The notes beneath the pieces are model-generated. The model made no database searches. It was not told where the DNA came from and worked only from the letters and a program-made list of their open reading frames with translations. From positions 2,896-66,895 of the forward strand of contig CASDPK010000011.1 in the NCBI GenBank assembly GCA_949282555.1: DNA of 64,000 bases. Direction: 5' to 3'. Positions 30,597 to 42,224 of this stretch are shown one piece after another. The position numbers and the translations under genes are program-made. Every line of letters begins with the position of its first letter. Position 1 is the stretch's first letter. This DNA is from an uncultured Lentisphaeraceae bacterium. GTDB lineage: Bacteria > Verrucomicrobiota > Kiritimatiellia > RFP12 > DVOR01.

Positions 30597-31601
30597 ATGC
30601 CCATGAAAAAGTTTATGAATGACCCCGCGAACCTCACCGCTGAGATGCTTGAGGGTCTCGCGATGGCCTACGCTGACAAGGTCCGGGTGGTCAACGAGCG
30701 CATTGTGGTGCGCGCGCATCCCAAGGCCCAAGACAAAGTGGCCCTGATATGCTTCGGCGGTACCGGCCACGAGCCTGCCATGCATGGTTTTGTGGGTGAA
30801 GGCATGGCCGATGCCGCCGTCGCGGGCGACGTCTTTGCCGCACCCGGCGGTCCCAAGGTCTTCGAGGCCATTGAGATGTTTGCCCGCCCTGCCGGCGTTA
30901 TCCTGCTCACGCTCAATCACAACGGCGACCGCATGGCGGCCCGCAAGGCGTTGCGCCTTGCCGAGAAGGCCGGCCTCAACGTCAAGGAGATCGTGGTTCA
31001 GGAAGACATTGCCCCTGGCATTGATGCCGATCCCGAGGATCGCCGCGGTCTTGGCGGGTGCATTCCGCTGATGAAGGTGATGGGCGCGGCCTGCGAGCAG
31101 GGCAAGACCATTGATGAGGTGTTGGAGATCGGCAAGGCCTTCCATGCGCATCTGGCGACCCTCTCCGTGGCGCTCAAGGTGGCCACCCATCCGCAGAACG
31201 GCGCCGAAATTGGCGCTTTGGCTGACGATGAGATGGAAATCGGCATGGGGCAGCATGGCGAAGGCGGCGGCGGCATCATGAAGGTGCAGAGCGCCGATGC
31301 GACCGCGCGTATCATGGTCGAAAAACTGATCGACGCCACCAAGCTCCAGGCGGGTGACCGTGCCCTGCTGATCATCAACGGTTCGGGCGCCACCACCACC
31401 ATGGAAATGCTCATTTGTTATCGTGCCGCCGCCAAGGTGCTGTCGGAGCGGGGAATCACGCTCATGGATGGCATTGCCGATGAACTGCTCACCGTGCAGG
31501 AGATGGCCGGCTTCCAGATGATTCTGGCGAAGGTGTGCCCCACGTGCGAGGCGCTCCTCAAGGCCAAGGCCAACACTCCGTACTGGACCTGCAACGGTTA
31601 A
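30597..31601 (+). CDS. dhaK: dihydroxyacetone kinase-family DhaK subunit
   Basis: GGTGHEP, GDVFAAP, RRGLGG, GMGQHGE. Confidence 0.9.
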   Translation: MPMKKFMNDPANLTAEMLEGLAMAYADKVRVVNERIVVRAHPKAQDKVALICFGGTGHEPAMHGFVGEGMADAAVAGDVFAAPGGPKVFEAIEMFARPAGVILLTLNHNGDRMAARKALRLAEKAGLNVKEIVVQEDIAPGIDADPEDRRGLGGCIPLMKVMGAACEQGKTIDEVLEIGKAFHAHLATLSVALKVATHPQNGAEIGALADDEMEIGMGQHGEGGGGIMKVQSADATARIMVEKLIDATKLQAGDRALLIINGSGATTTMEMLICYRAAAKVLSERGITLMDGIADELLTVQEMAGFQMILAKVCPTCEALLKAKANTPYWTCNG

Positions 31602-31616
31602 GGAGATCCCGTTCCA

Positions 31617-32216
31617 ATGACGCTTGAAGCATTCAAAGCCATTTGGCGCAAGGCCCAGGAAGCCATCAACGCCAACGAAAAGCACTTCTCCGAACTGGAT
31701 GCCGCCACCGGCGGCGACGGCGACCATGGCACGGCCATCGTCGCCGCGCTGAAGGCCATCGTCCATGCTGAGGGGGATGATTTCCGGAGCTATGTCGCCG
31801 ACATGGCCGAGCGCCTTGAGACCGAGGCCTCCGGTTCCACCTCATCGCTCTATGGCGCATGGTTCGAAGGCATGGCCGATGCCGTTCCGGCCGGGGCGAC
31901 CGAGCTTGACGCCGCGGCGCTTGCCGCGATGTTTGAGGGCGGTTTCGAGGAAGTGTGCTGCCTCACCAAGGCCCGCAAGGGTGACAAGACGATGATGGAT
32001 GCGCTTCAGCCCGCCACCGAGGCTCTTGTGGCCGCGCAGGGCGAAGGCGAAGCCGCGATGTTTGCCGCCGCCGCCAAGGCCGCCCGTGCGGGTTCTGAGG
32101 CCACGGCTCAGTTGCAGGCGCGGTTCGGTCGTGCCAAGAACTTGGGCGAGCGTTCCATCGGTGCCATTGATGCGGGTTCCGCCTCGATGGCCACGATCTT
32201 CGAAGCCTTTGCTTGA
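31617..32216 (+). CDS. dhaL: DhaL (DAK2) subunit
   Basis: LDAATGGDGDHG, GDKTMMDAL, ARFGRA, DAG. Confidence 0.9.
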   Translation: MTLEAFKAIWRKAQEAINANEKHFSELDAATGGDGDHGTAIVAALKAIVHAEGDDFRSYVADMAERLETEASGSTSSLYGAWFEGMADAVPAGATELDAAALAAMFEGGFEEVCCLTKARKGDKTMMDALQPATEALVAAQGEGEAAMFAAAAKAARAGSEATAQLQARFGRAKNLGERSIGAIDAGSASMATIFEAFA

Positions 32217-32278
32217 TTTCCGTGCGGGCGGGACGCCCGCCCGCACCGTTTCCAACTCTCCAAACAAGGAATATTCCC

Positions 32279-33151
32279 ATGCCCGACATGGACAATTTCA
32301 AAGAAGCCTCCGCCTTTGGCGTGGGCACCCCCCAGAAGACCGTCGGTTTCCCCCTCAAGGGTTGCGGCAATTTGGATTGGGGAATGAAGAATCGCCTTGC
32401 GCGCATTTTCAACCCCAAGGACGGCCGTTCCTTGATGCTGGCCTGTGACCATGGCTTCATCATGGGCCCCACCGGCGGTGTGGAGCGTATCGATCTCTCC
32501 ATTGTGCCGCTGCTGAAGTATGCCGACTGCCTGATGTGCACCCGTGGCATTCTCCGCTCGGTCATTCCGCCCACGGCCGATATTCCCGTCTGCCTGCGTT
32601 CGGATGCCGGCACCTCCATTCTCACCAACCTCAACGACAACGTCGTCATCGCCGCCGAGGAGGCTGTGCGCGTCAACGCCGCCGCCATGGCTGTGATGGT
32701 GGCCATTGGGGATGAACTCACCGAGGCCAAGACCGTTGCCAACCTCTATCACACGGTGGATATTGGTCAGAAGTATGGCATTCCCGTGATGGGCGTCACC
32801 GCCGTGGGCAAGCAGATGACCCGCGATGCGAAGTACTTCCGCCTCGCCACGCGCATGTGCGCCGAGAACGGCGCCAACATTGTGAAGACCTACTACACCG
32901 AAGGCTTCGAGACGGTCACCTCTTCCTGCCCCGTGCCGATCGTCATCGCCGGCGGCAAGAAGGTGCCCGAGCGCGACGCCCTTGAGCTTGCCTACCGTGC
33001 CATCAACGATGGTGCCGCCGGCGTGGATATGGGCCGCAACGTCTTCCAGTCCGAGCATCCCGCCGCGATGATTCGCTCTGTCGGCGCTGTGATCCACAAG
33101 GGCCTCAAGCCCGCCGAAGCTTACGAGATGTATCAGGATCTCGCCAAGTAA
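32279..33151 (+). CDS. lsrF: LsrF-like class I aldolase/thiolase
   Basis: LDWGMKNRLARIF, DHG, VKTYY, IAGGKK, GVDMGRN. Confidence 0.85.
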   Translation: MPDMDNFKEASAFGVGTPQKTVGFPLKGCGNLDWGMKNRLARIFNPKDGRSLMLACDHGFIMGPTGGVERIDLSIVPLLKYADCLMCTRGILRSVIPPTADIPVCLRSDAGTSILTNLNDNVVIAAEEAVRVNAAAMAVMVAIGDELTEAKTVANLYHTVDIGQKYGIPVMGVTAVGKQMTRDAKYFRLATRMCAENGANIVKTYYTEGFETVTSSCPVPIVIAGGKKVPERDALELAYRAINDGAAGVDMGRNVFQSEHPAAMIRSVGAVIHKGLKPAEAYEMYQDLAK

Positions 33152-33165
33152 GCGGGGTCATTCCG

Positions 33166-33204
33166 AAAAAAGCGCGGCCGCCCTCAAGGGTGGCCGCGTT
33201 TTTT
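33166..33204. terminator. bidirectional intrinsic terminator
   Basis: A6-GCGCGGCCGCCC-TCAA-GGGTGGCCGCGT-T run between convergent genes. Confidence 0.85.
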
Positions 33205-33280
33205 GTGTGAGGTGCAAGCGGTGTTGGCGGAATCACCCCTGCCGCAACAACCATCCGTTGTTGGGACAGGACATATGCGC

Positions 33281-34606
33281 TTATGGGATGGCGTTGGTTT
33301 TTGCGCTCACGTCCACACGGCGAAGGAGATCCTCCGCAAGGCGGGGCACCACGCCTCTGCGGCGGCGGACGGCCTCCGTGGCACGTGCGCCAAGCTGTTC
33401 GGCCGCCTCAGGATTGGCAAGGAGATCGAGCAACCGGGCCTCCAAGTCGGGGCGGTCGCGTCCTTGCACGATGGCTTGCTGTGCGAGCAGATCGCTCATC
33501 ACGGGGCGGAAATTCTCCGTGAAGGGGCCAACCGCCGTGGCGCATCCGCAGAGGCAAGGCTCAATCATGTTTTGCGCGCCGTGCTCGCAGAGGCTTTTGC
33601 CCACAAAGACGGTCTGCGCAAGGCCGTAAAAGCCCATCAGTTCCCCGGTGGTATCGGCCAGCAACACGGTGTCCTGCGGCTGACGGGTGGGGGAAGGCGT
33701 CTTGGATTTGCGCAGGCAGGGGAAGCCGGCGGCGACGATGGCGGTTTCCACGTCGTCGGCCTTCTCGAAATGGCGGGGCGCGATGATAAGGCGAAGGCGC
33801 GGATTGCGTGCGCGGGCCTTACGGTAGACGGTGAGCAGGAAGACGTCTTCGCCCGGCCACGTGGAGCCACCCAGCAAGAGGGGGGCCGTGGGGTCGAATC
33901 CGGCGGCGGTGAGGTATTCGCGGAGTTGCGCTTCGCGCTCCGGACTCCGCCGGGCAACGTCAAACTTCATTGACCCCGTGACGTCAATCCGCGCCTTTTC
34001 GCACCCGGCATCCTGCAACCGCTGGGCGTCAAGATCCGATTGCGCATAGACGCGCTCCAGGCGGTTGAGCACGGGCCCAAACCAGCACTTTAGGCGCCGA
34101 TAGCCGGGAGCGCTGTGATCCGAAATGCGGGCGTTGACGAGGAACGCGGGCACCCCCCGCTCCGTCGCCAAACGGATGGCATTGGGCCAAAGTTCCGTTT
34201 CCGTGATCACATAGGCCACCGGGCGGATCGCGTCAAGCGCCCGCCGCACGCACGGTGGAAAATCCAGCGGGGCATACAAAAGCACATCCCTTTCGCCGAC
34301 TTGCCGCATGGCTTGCGTCCACCCGGTGCTGCTGGTGACGGAGAGGACAAAGGCGATGCCGGGCCGCTGGCGGCGGAGCTCCTCCATGAGTTGCCCCGCC
34401 ACGGCCACCTCACCCACCGAGACCGCATGCACCCACACCCGCGGCGTGCCATCGGCGAGGCGTTCACGAATGGCCTTGGGATAACGGCCAAACCGATCCG
34501 CAAAGCGATTGGCGTATCCACCCCGTCGAAGCATTCGCGTCAGGAACTTCGGCATCATCGCCACGTAGGCCACGAAGAAGAGCAGATTGTAGAGGAACCA
34601 TTTCAT
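33281..34606 (-). CDS. waaA: Kdo transferase
   Basis: WVHAVSVGE, ETELWPN, NARISD, GSMKFD, APRH, DTTGEL. Confidence 0.93.
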   Translation of the reverse strand: MKWFLYNLLFFVAYVAMMPKFLTRMLRRGGYANRFADRFGRYPKAIRERLADGTPRVWVHAVSVGEVAVAGQLMEELRRQRPGIAFVLSVTSSTGWTQAMRQVGERDVLLYAPLDFPPCVRRALDAIRPVAYVITETELWPNAIRLATERGVPAFLVNARISDHSAPGYRRLKCWFGPVLNRLERVYAQSDLDAQRLQDAGCEKARIDVTGSMKFDVARRSPEREAQLREYLTAAGFDPTAPLLLGGSTWPGEDVFLLTVYRKARARNPRLRLIIAPRHFEKADDVETAIVAAGFPCLRKSKTPSPTRQPQDTVLLADTTGELMGFYGLAQTVFVGKSLCEHGAQNMIEPCLCGCATAVGPFTENFRPVMSDLLAQQAIVQGRDRPDLEARLLDLLANPEAAEQLGARATEAVRRRRGVVPRLAEDLLRRVDVSAKTNAIP

Positions 34607-34688
34607 GGGAAAAGTACCTGGGAAAGAGGCGGTCTGGCGTTCGGAACGATACGGGCGCACCCGATCGCGCGGCCCTTGCGGAGAATCT

Positions 34689-35147
34689 TCACCCCTGCGC
34701 GACAAGCGTGATTCGGAGATAGCCAAAGGTGGGCCGCAGAATCGCTTGAAGTTTCGGGACGAGGGAACGACTGTAATTGAAGCGGTCCGCCCGACGGGCG
34801 AGCGAAAGGGTCAGCACCCCATCCGAAAACGTTTCCGCGTTCACATGGCGGCGGGCCTCCGATGGCAACAGCCGATCCAAAGCATCATTCGCCGCCGCCA
34901 CCGGGTCATCATCGTCCGCCAGCGCTTCCGTGAGGCGGCGCAGACTCTCGGGGATGGCGCGTGCCAAACGCCGAACCTCGTAGGCCCCGAAGGCTCCGGC
35001 CATGCCGTAATCACGCGGGAGCCATTCGGGGGGAAGGGCGGAAGAAAGCCGCGGCGCGACTTCCTCCCCGGATTCCGCAGGTTCCGGCGCGGGCCGGTCA
35101 GGGACGGGGGGAAGACCTCGCGTTACGTATTCACGCCCTTTTTTCAC
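34689..35147 (-). CDS. DciA/DUF721-like protein
   Basis: HVNAETFSDGVLTL pattern resembles DUF721; weak. Confidence 0.5.
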   Translation of the reverse strand: MKKGREYVTRGLPPVPDRPAPEPAESGEEVAPRLSSALPPEWLPRDYGMAGAFGAYEVRRLARAIPESLRRLTEALADDDDPVAAANDALDRLLPSEARRHVNAETFSDGVLTLSLARRADRFNYSRSLVPKLQAILRPTFGYLRITLVAQG

Positions 35148-35164
35148 GGATCAATCCCGCGACA

Positions 35165-35878
35165 TCAGAGCGCGGCATCCATTTCCGCACGGATGGCCCG
35201 TGCGGCGGCCACGGGATCGGCGGCCTCCAAGATGGGGCGCCCGACCACGAGGTGGGTGGAACCGTCACGCACGGCGCCGGCGGGCGTGGCCACGCGCTTC
35301 TGGTCGCCCACATCCGCCCCGGCAGGGCGGACACCGGGGGTGACGAAGACGACGCTCCGACCCTGCGCCGCAGGGATGAGCACCCGGTTCATGTTGGCCA
35401 CTTCTTTGGGGGAGCAGACGATGCCGTCCGCGCCATTGGTGATGGCGAGCAACCCCATGGCTTCCACGTGGTCGGCCATGGCGCGGCCAATGCCCAAATC
35501 GGTGAGGTCACTTTGGTCAAGAGAGGTAAGCGCCGTCACGGCAAGCAACTTCGGGGCGGTTGCGCCGAAGGTCGCGGCGGCTTCCGCGGCGGCCTGAATC
35601 ATGGCCTTTCCGCCGGAGGCGTGCAACGTCATCAAGTCCACGCCAAGGCCGGCGCCAGCCTTCACGGCACGCGCGACGGTGCGGGGGATATCGTGCAGTT
35701 TGAGGTCGAGAAAGACGCGCTTGCCGGCATCCTTGACCATTCGCACCACGTCGGGGCCCTCGGCGGAGAAGAGCTCCAAGCCGATTTTGTAGAAATCCAC
35801 CGCATCGCCGAGGCGGGCAACCACACCGGCCACTTCGGCTTTGGAGGAGACATCAAGCGCAACAATAAGTTCTGCCAT
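35165..35878 (-). CDS. pyrF: orotidine-5'-phosphate decarboxylase
   Basis: DLKLHDIPRT, TPGVR, DQKR, VGRPI. Confidence 0.97.
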   Translation of the reverse strand: MAELIVALDVSSKAEVAGVVARLGDAVDFYKIGLELFSAEGPDVVRMVKDAGKRVFLDLKLHDIPRTVARAVKAGAGLGVDLMTLHASGGKAMIQAAAEAAATFGATAPKLLAVTALTSLDQSDLTDLGIGRAMADHVEAMGLLAITNGADGIVCSPKEVANMNRVLIPAAQGRSVVFVTPGVRPAGADVGDQKRVATPAGAVRDGSTHLVVGRPILEAADPVAAARAIRAEMDAAL

Positions 35879-35977
35879 ATCGCAATCCTTTCAATGGCGT
35901 TGAGGATTGCCTCCAGTATAACATAGGCAAAGCCCCGCCGCTTTGCGTGGGCGGCGGGGCTCTGAGTGGGCCGAATC

Positions 35978-37744
35978 TTAGCGGGAGGCTACGGGCTCGG
36001 CGGGGCGAATGATAACCTTTGGATCTTCCACCCAGTGCTTGCCATTGAAGCGAACGGGCAGACAGGCGGCGGCCCAACACTGTTTGGAGGAGGCAAGAGG
36101 TGCGCGCACGGTGATTTCGTGCCGTCCGGCAGGCAGGGTGATGGCGATTGGCTCCCGGCACCACCACAGTTCTTCATCCACGAGGGGGATTTCATTGGCG
36201 GGGTGATGCCACGTGTCGAAGTCGTAGCGATATTTGCCGGGTTCTTTCCATTGCGGGCGGGGAATCGGCTGACCATCAATGAGCACATCACCTCCGTTGG
36301 CGTCGAGCTGCCCTTGTTTGGGGATGCCGGCCGAGAGGCGATTTGAGCGCGCGGGGCTCTCGAAGCCCACGCGCAGATGGATGGTGCGGGCTTCAGGAAG
36401 GTCGAACACGCCACGCAATTCGGCCACGGTTCCCACCTTGGCGGGAAGAAGTTTGCCACCGGCCCTTCCGCCGAAGAGGAAGGCCGCCCCTTTGAGGATG
36501 GCACCGGTGTTTTCCAGCCGCCAAGCGTGCTGCATTTGGGGAACGTAATTGAAGGGTTCACTCGCGAAGAACGCATCACGATGCGCCGCCATGCGGGGCT
36601 CGAAGGCGGCAAGGTCGCCGGGGCCATTCCAAGAGGCTTCGGCAAAGGCCAACACGGTGGGCCAGACGGCGTTATGGCGGAAAATGTTGGCTTTGTCGTC
36701 CACGTTGACGTCGGGCCAACAACACAGGATGCCGCCCTTCGCACCCTTGGGGAAGGCGTGCGTGAGGTGAAGGCGGACGATCTGTTGCGGGTCAAAGGAA
36801 TTGAGATAACCTGCCGCGGAATCCACCAACGGCGTTGTGGTGGCGGGGAGTTTTGCCGAGAGTTTCCAGCGTTGTTGCCAAGTGTCGGGGGAGAACGGCG
36901 GGAGCCCGGGAGCCCATACCATGGGCGTCCGCCCGAGGCTCCGGACATGGTTCTCAATCGCGCTCATGAAGCCTTTGGGGTCACGGATGTGCACTTCGTC
37001 TGAGCCGATGTGAAGGATCGGGCAATCCTCCTTGGGGATTTCCGCGCAGAACTCGGAAATCAGTTGCTTCAACACCTCGATGCCTTGCGGGGAATCCATC
37101 GTAAAGCCGAAGACGGGCTTGAAGAAGGCGGAGTGCCCGGGCATGTCCAGCTCGGGGATCACGCGGATATGCCGCGCCTTGGCATAAGCGATGACGTCGC
37201 GGATCTGGTCGAACGTGTACGTGTCCTCCGGGTCACGCCCCGGCTTCCGTCCCTTGGCGGAGGTGATTTGCGGGAAGACTTTGGATTCCACGCGCCAAGC
37301 CGGATTGTCCGTCAAATGCCAGTGGAAGGTGTTGAGCTTGTAGCGCGCGAAGAGATCCAATTGATGTTTGAGGCTTTCGACGCTCTGGAAGTTGCGGCCT
37401 GTGTCGTGCATGAAACCGCGGACGGCGTAACGGGGCGCATCCTCAATCTCCGCACACGGAAGCGACGTTCCCTTCGGGGCGGCGAGTTGGGCCAACGTCT
37501 GGCGCGCATAGAAAACGCCCGCAGGGCCGCCGCCCGTCACGCGAATGGCCTCCGGGGTGATGCTGAGGCGGTAGCCCTCCGACGGCAACGAGGCGTCCGT
37601 CGTCACCACAGGTTCCGCCACGGGGCGTTCCCCGCCTGTGAGACGCAAGGATGTGGGCATCGGGATCGGTGTGAGCGCCTGACCCTGGGTTGCCAAAAAC
37701 AGGGCAACGGCCAACAGCGAAAGAGCAAAGGGAAAACGTTTCAT
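35978..37744 (-). CDS. GH20 beta-N-acetylhexosaminidase, secreted
   Basis: RGFMHDTGRNF, HWHLTD, PELDMPGH, HIGSDE catalytic pair. Confidence 0.92.
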   Translation of the reverse strand: MKRFPFALSLLAVALFLATQGQALTPIPMPTSLRLTGGERPVAEPVVTTDASLPSEGYRLSITPEAIRVTGGGPAGVFYARQTLAQLAAPKGTSLPCAEIEDAPRYAVRGFMHDTGRNFQSVESLKHQLDLFARYKLNTFHWHLTDNPAWRVESKVFPQITSAKGRKPGRDPEDTYTFDQIRDVIAYAKARHIRVIPELDMPGHSAFFKPVFGFTMDSPQGIEVLKQLISEFCAEIPKEDCPILHIGSDEVHIRDPKGFMSAIENHVRSLGRTPMVWAPGLPPFSPDTWQQRWKLSAKLPATTTPLVDSAAGYLNSFDPQQIVRLHLTHAFPKGAKGGILCCWPDVNVDDKANIFRHNAVWPTVLAFAEASWNGPGDLAAFEPRMAAHRDAFFASEPFNYVPQMQHAWRLENTGAILKGAAFLFGGRAGGKLLPAKVGTVAELRGVFDLPEARTIHLRVGFESPARSNRLSAGIPKQGQLDANGGDVLIDGQPIPRPQWKEPGKYRYDFDTWHHPANEIPLVDEELWWCREPIAITLPAGRHEITVRAPLASSKQCWAAACLPVRFNGKHWVEDPKVIIRPAEPVASR

Positions 37745-37871
37745 GGGACGATTGTATCATACCTTCGGCAAATCGAGTAGCAGAAGAATCCATAATATTC
37801 TGTCGAAGAAAACGTCCCATCATGGCAACCGTTGTGCCATGCTTTCCGAGCATGTGGGTGGAGTGGGGTGA

Positions 37872-38537
37872 TTATCGCGTGGCGCGCGCCATGATCCATT
37901 TGCGGGCTGGGCGCAACCGTGGCACGAACCACCGGAGGCTCAACCCGACCAGCAGGGCCGAGATGGCCGTGCCCTCGCGGATGCCTTCCACGTGCCCCCA
38001 CAACAACATGATGGAAAGCCCTATCGCCAATATCACCAAAGACACGTCAAACGTCAGCTTCACCCATGCCAATGGCGCATGGAGGCGCCGGCACAGGGCC
38101 TTCACAAAACCTTCGCCGGGAACGAACAGCAAATCCGCGTGAATCTCCAAGGCCACGCCGGCCGCGAGAAGAAGGCTTCCCAGCGTCACCTCCAACAGAC
38201 GTATTCCATAAATGCCGCTCACCAACGGACTGCAAAGCCACATCCCTGCATCGATGAACATACCGAAAAGAAAAACGACCGCCAGCTGTCCATACTGCAC
38301 CGGAGGGAAATTGCGCCATCCGATCAGCAGTGGCTGCCCAATTACCAACAGGATGTTCACGAGAAACGTTGCCACTCCAAACGAAACCGGCACCCCGAAG
38401 GTCACAACGTAAGGAACCGCAGAAATGGGCGACGTGCCAAGACCTGCCCGGGTGGTCAGTGCCACACCAAGCCCCATCAACGCAAGCGCCGACATCAACA
38501 ACAGGCATTGGCGCGGAAAACTCGGACGATGACGCAT
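37872..38537 (-). CDS. YczE/YyaS-type membrane protein
   Basis: AGLGTSPIS, GIREGT motifs; multi-TM. Confidence 0.8.
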   Translation of the reverse strand: MRHRPSFPRQCLLLMSALALMGLGVALTTRAGLGTSPISAVPYVVTFGVPVSFGVATFLVNILLVIGQPLLIGWRNFPPVQYGQLAVVFLFGMFIDAGMWLCSPLVSGIYGIRLLEVTLGSLLLAAGVALEIHADLLFVPGEGFVKALCRRLHAPLAWVKLTFDVSLVILAIGLSIMLLWGHVEGIREGTAISALLVGLSLRWFVPRLRPARKWIMARATR

Positions 38538-38787
38538 GAGAAACTCCTTTCGAGCTTGGATCGCCCAGGCGAAGGGTCTCAAGTGCCTCTTTTGGCGTTG
38601 GGAAAACGATTACGTTCAGGGCAGTCCGTAAAGCAAAAAACGCGCGCAACCTTACCAAATCAGTGGGTCTTTGTACAATCATAAACATTGGCGGGGGGTG
38701 TGTGAGAAATGGTCGCTTTTTCCCTCACGTCGCCCTTCCTCCTCTTTCCATGAATGTGTTATAGTCTCTGTAATCTGATAGGAGGAA

Positions 38788-39696
38788 ATGATGAAGTCGT
38801 TGCTTGTGTTTTGCTTCCTTTTCGGCGTGGTGTTGTCTCATGGTTTGTGCGGTACAAACGAGGCGGCAAGAATCGGAATGGAGAAATTGAATGCGATTTC
38901 CTTTGGTAAGGTGTTTGAATGCAGGGGTGAGTCGGTAGAAGTCAAGACGACAGACTATATCGTTGTGAACGATCTTCCTTTATGGGGAACGGAAGAACAC
39001 GTCTACAACCCAGTGAAGGTCTTCGACTTTCCGTTCCAAATCGTTTATGTCACGGACATCTACCCGCCAGGAACCGTTATAGAGGTTAGGCCGTGCAACG
39101 ATCGCAGATGGCAATACGAATATAAGAATGGTCAGCGATGCGAAATCCCCTGTCCTTATGTTTTCCCCCTCAAGCTTGAACCGGATTGGTTTGTTTGGGT
39201 GCCTGAGGGGCTTTGTGGCGCCGTCGCACAACGGTTCGCGGTTCTTTCCAAAGAGGAGATGAAGAAGTATTGGTTCGTTGGTCTTGGAAGTCAAGATTGG
39301 CGGTTTTTGCATACGGTTTTGGAACTTTTGTATGTCGTGAAGGAGAATCCGTCGCTTTGTAATGGCAAGAGTACACAGCTCTTTGAGCGAACGGCCGCTT
39401 TCTTGCGGCTTCTTCAGCGGAAGAGCATTGAAGCGTATGAGGGAATGGATTACCATTTTGCGGCACACGCCAGTTGCGTAAAAACGCGATGTGAACTTGT
39501 CGACATGTATCCTATTGTCCCAAAACAGGAAAAGTGGTGCCCACGTGATTGGAGAACGATCGCCGCGTTCGTGAATTGTTACCGTACGTTGTTACTTTAT
39601 GAGGGCGAGGAAGCAGAGCAGCTTCAGGCGTTCTTTGGGGAATATCTCAGGGAACTTCAAAAAGCGTTAGACCGTGGAGAAAGTACGCGGCTGTGA
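38788..39696 (+). CDS. lower-GC secreted hypothetical protein
   Basis: AGGAGG RBS, signal peptide; no recognisable domain. Confidence 0.65.
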   Translation: MMKSLLVFCFLFGVVLSHGLCGTNEAARIGMEKLNAISFGKVFECRGESVEVKTTDYIVVNDLPLWGTEEHVYNPVKVFDFPFQIVYVTDIYPPGTVIEVRPCNDRRWQYEYKNGQRCEIPCPYVFPLKLEPDWFVWVPEGLCGAVAQRFAVLSKEEMKKYWFVGLGSQDWRFLHTVLELLYVVKENPSLCNGKSTQLFERTAAFLRLLQRKSIEAYEGMDYHFAAHASCVKTRCELVDMYPIVPKQEKWCPRDWRTIAAFVNCYRTLLLYEGEEAEQLQAFFGEYLRELQKALDRGESTRL

Positions 39697-39749
39697 CGAT
39701 ACGTTAGGAACGAACGAAGAGATGTCGGGCCGCCTGTCCTTTGTCGTGA

Positions 39750-39762
39750 GATGCACTGCATC
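39750..39762. repeat. single perfect unit of the 13-bp palindromic repeat
   Basis: GATGCACTGCATC. Confidence 0.5.
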
Positions 39763-39865
39763 CCCAAAAGAAGCCTCCTACTGTTCACGCATCCTACAGG
39801 AGAACACGATGGGCCACGGGGGACTATTTGACCTTGTGGAAGGGGGCAGTGTAGAATAAGGGGCT

Positions 39866-40507
39866 ATGTTCACAGGATTGGTCCAATGTATGGGCGATGT
39901 GTGCGACGTTCGGGTGCGTGGCACGGGGATGGTGCTTTCCGTGCGGGCGCCGGCGTTGGCTTCTTTGGAGGATCCGCTGAGGTTGGGGGAGAGCGTGGCC
40001 GTGAATGGCGCGTGCCTGACGGTGACGGCGGTGCGAGCGGATGGATTTGAGGCCGAGGTTCTGGAAGAGACGTTGCGGTGTACGATGTTTCGGGCGTTGT
40101 CCGTGGGGGCTCGCGTCAATTTGGAGCGTGCGCTGAGATTGGGGGATCGCTTGGGGGGGCACCTCGTTTCCGGACATGTGGATGAGGCGGGGGTGTTGCT
40201 GGCCCAACGGGCGGAGGGAGAGGACGTTGCGTTTCGTTTTGGGTGTTCGGCGGCGTTTGCGCGTGGGGTGGTGCGCAAGGGGTCGGTCGCGGTGGCGGGG
40301 GTGAGTCTGACGGTCAGCGCGGTGGGGGCGGATTGGTTTGAGGTCACGCTGATCCCGACGACGCGCCGGGAGACGACGCTGGGGGCGTTGCCCGTGGGGG
40401 GGCGCGTGAATTTGGAGGCGGACGTGCTCGGGGCTTATGTGCGCCGGGCGTTGGGCCGTGACGGATGCTCTTTGGAACAACTCATCGCCGCGGGCTTCGC
40501 GGATTAG
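39866..40507 (+). CDS. ribE: riboflavin synthase alpha chain
   Basis: MFTG start, [26 protein letters not shown]. Confidence 0.95.
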   Translation: MFTGLVQCMGDVCDVRVRGTGMVLSVRAPALASLEDPLRLGESVAVNGACLTVTAVRADGFEAEVLEETLRCTMFRALSVGARVNLERALRLGDRLGGHLVSGHVDEAGVLLAQRAEGEDVAFRFGCSAAFARGVVRKGSVAVAGVSLTVSAVGADWFEVTLIPTTRRETTLGALPVGGRVNLEADVLGAYVRRALGRDGCSLEQLIAAGFAD

Positions 40508-40521
40508 AAAGGATACACGCA

Positions 40522-42123
<1,602 letters not shown>

Positions 42124-42224
42124 GCGATGGGAGCGACGCATCGCGTATGGGTTGATGGAGAGGGACAGGTTCGCGCTGTCCCTCTCTTTCGTTTCACAGA
42201 AAGGTGCGGCTGAATAAAGGAAAG

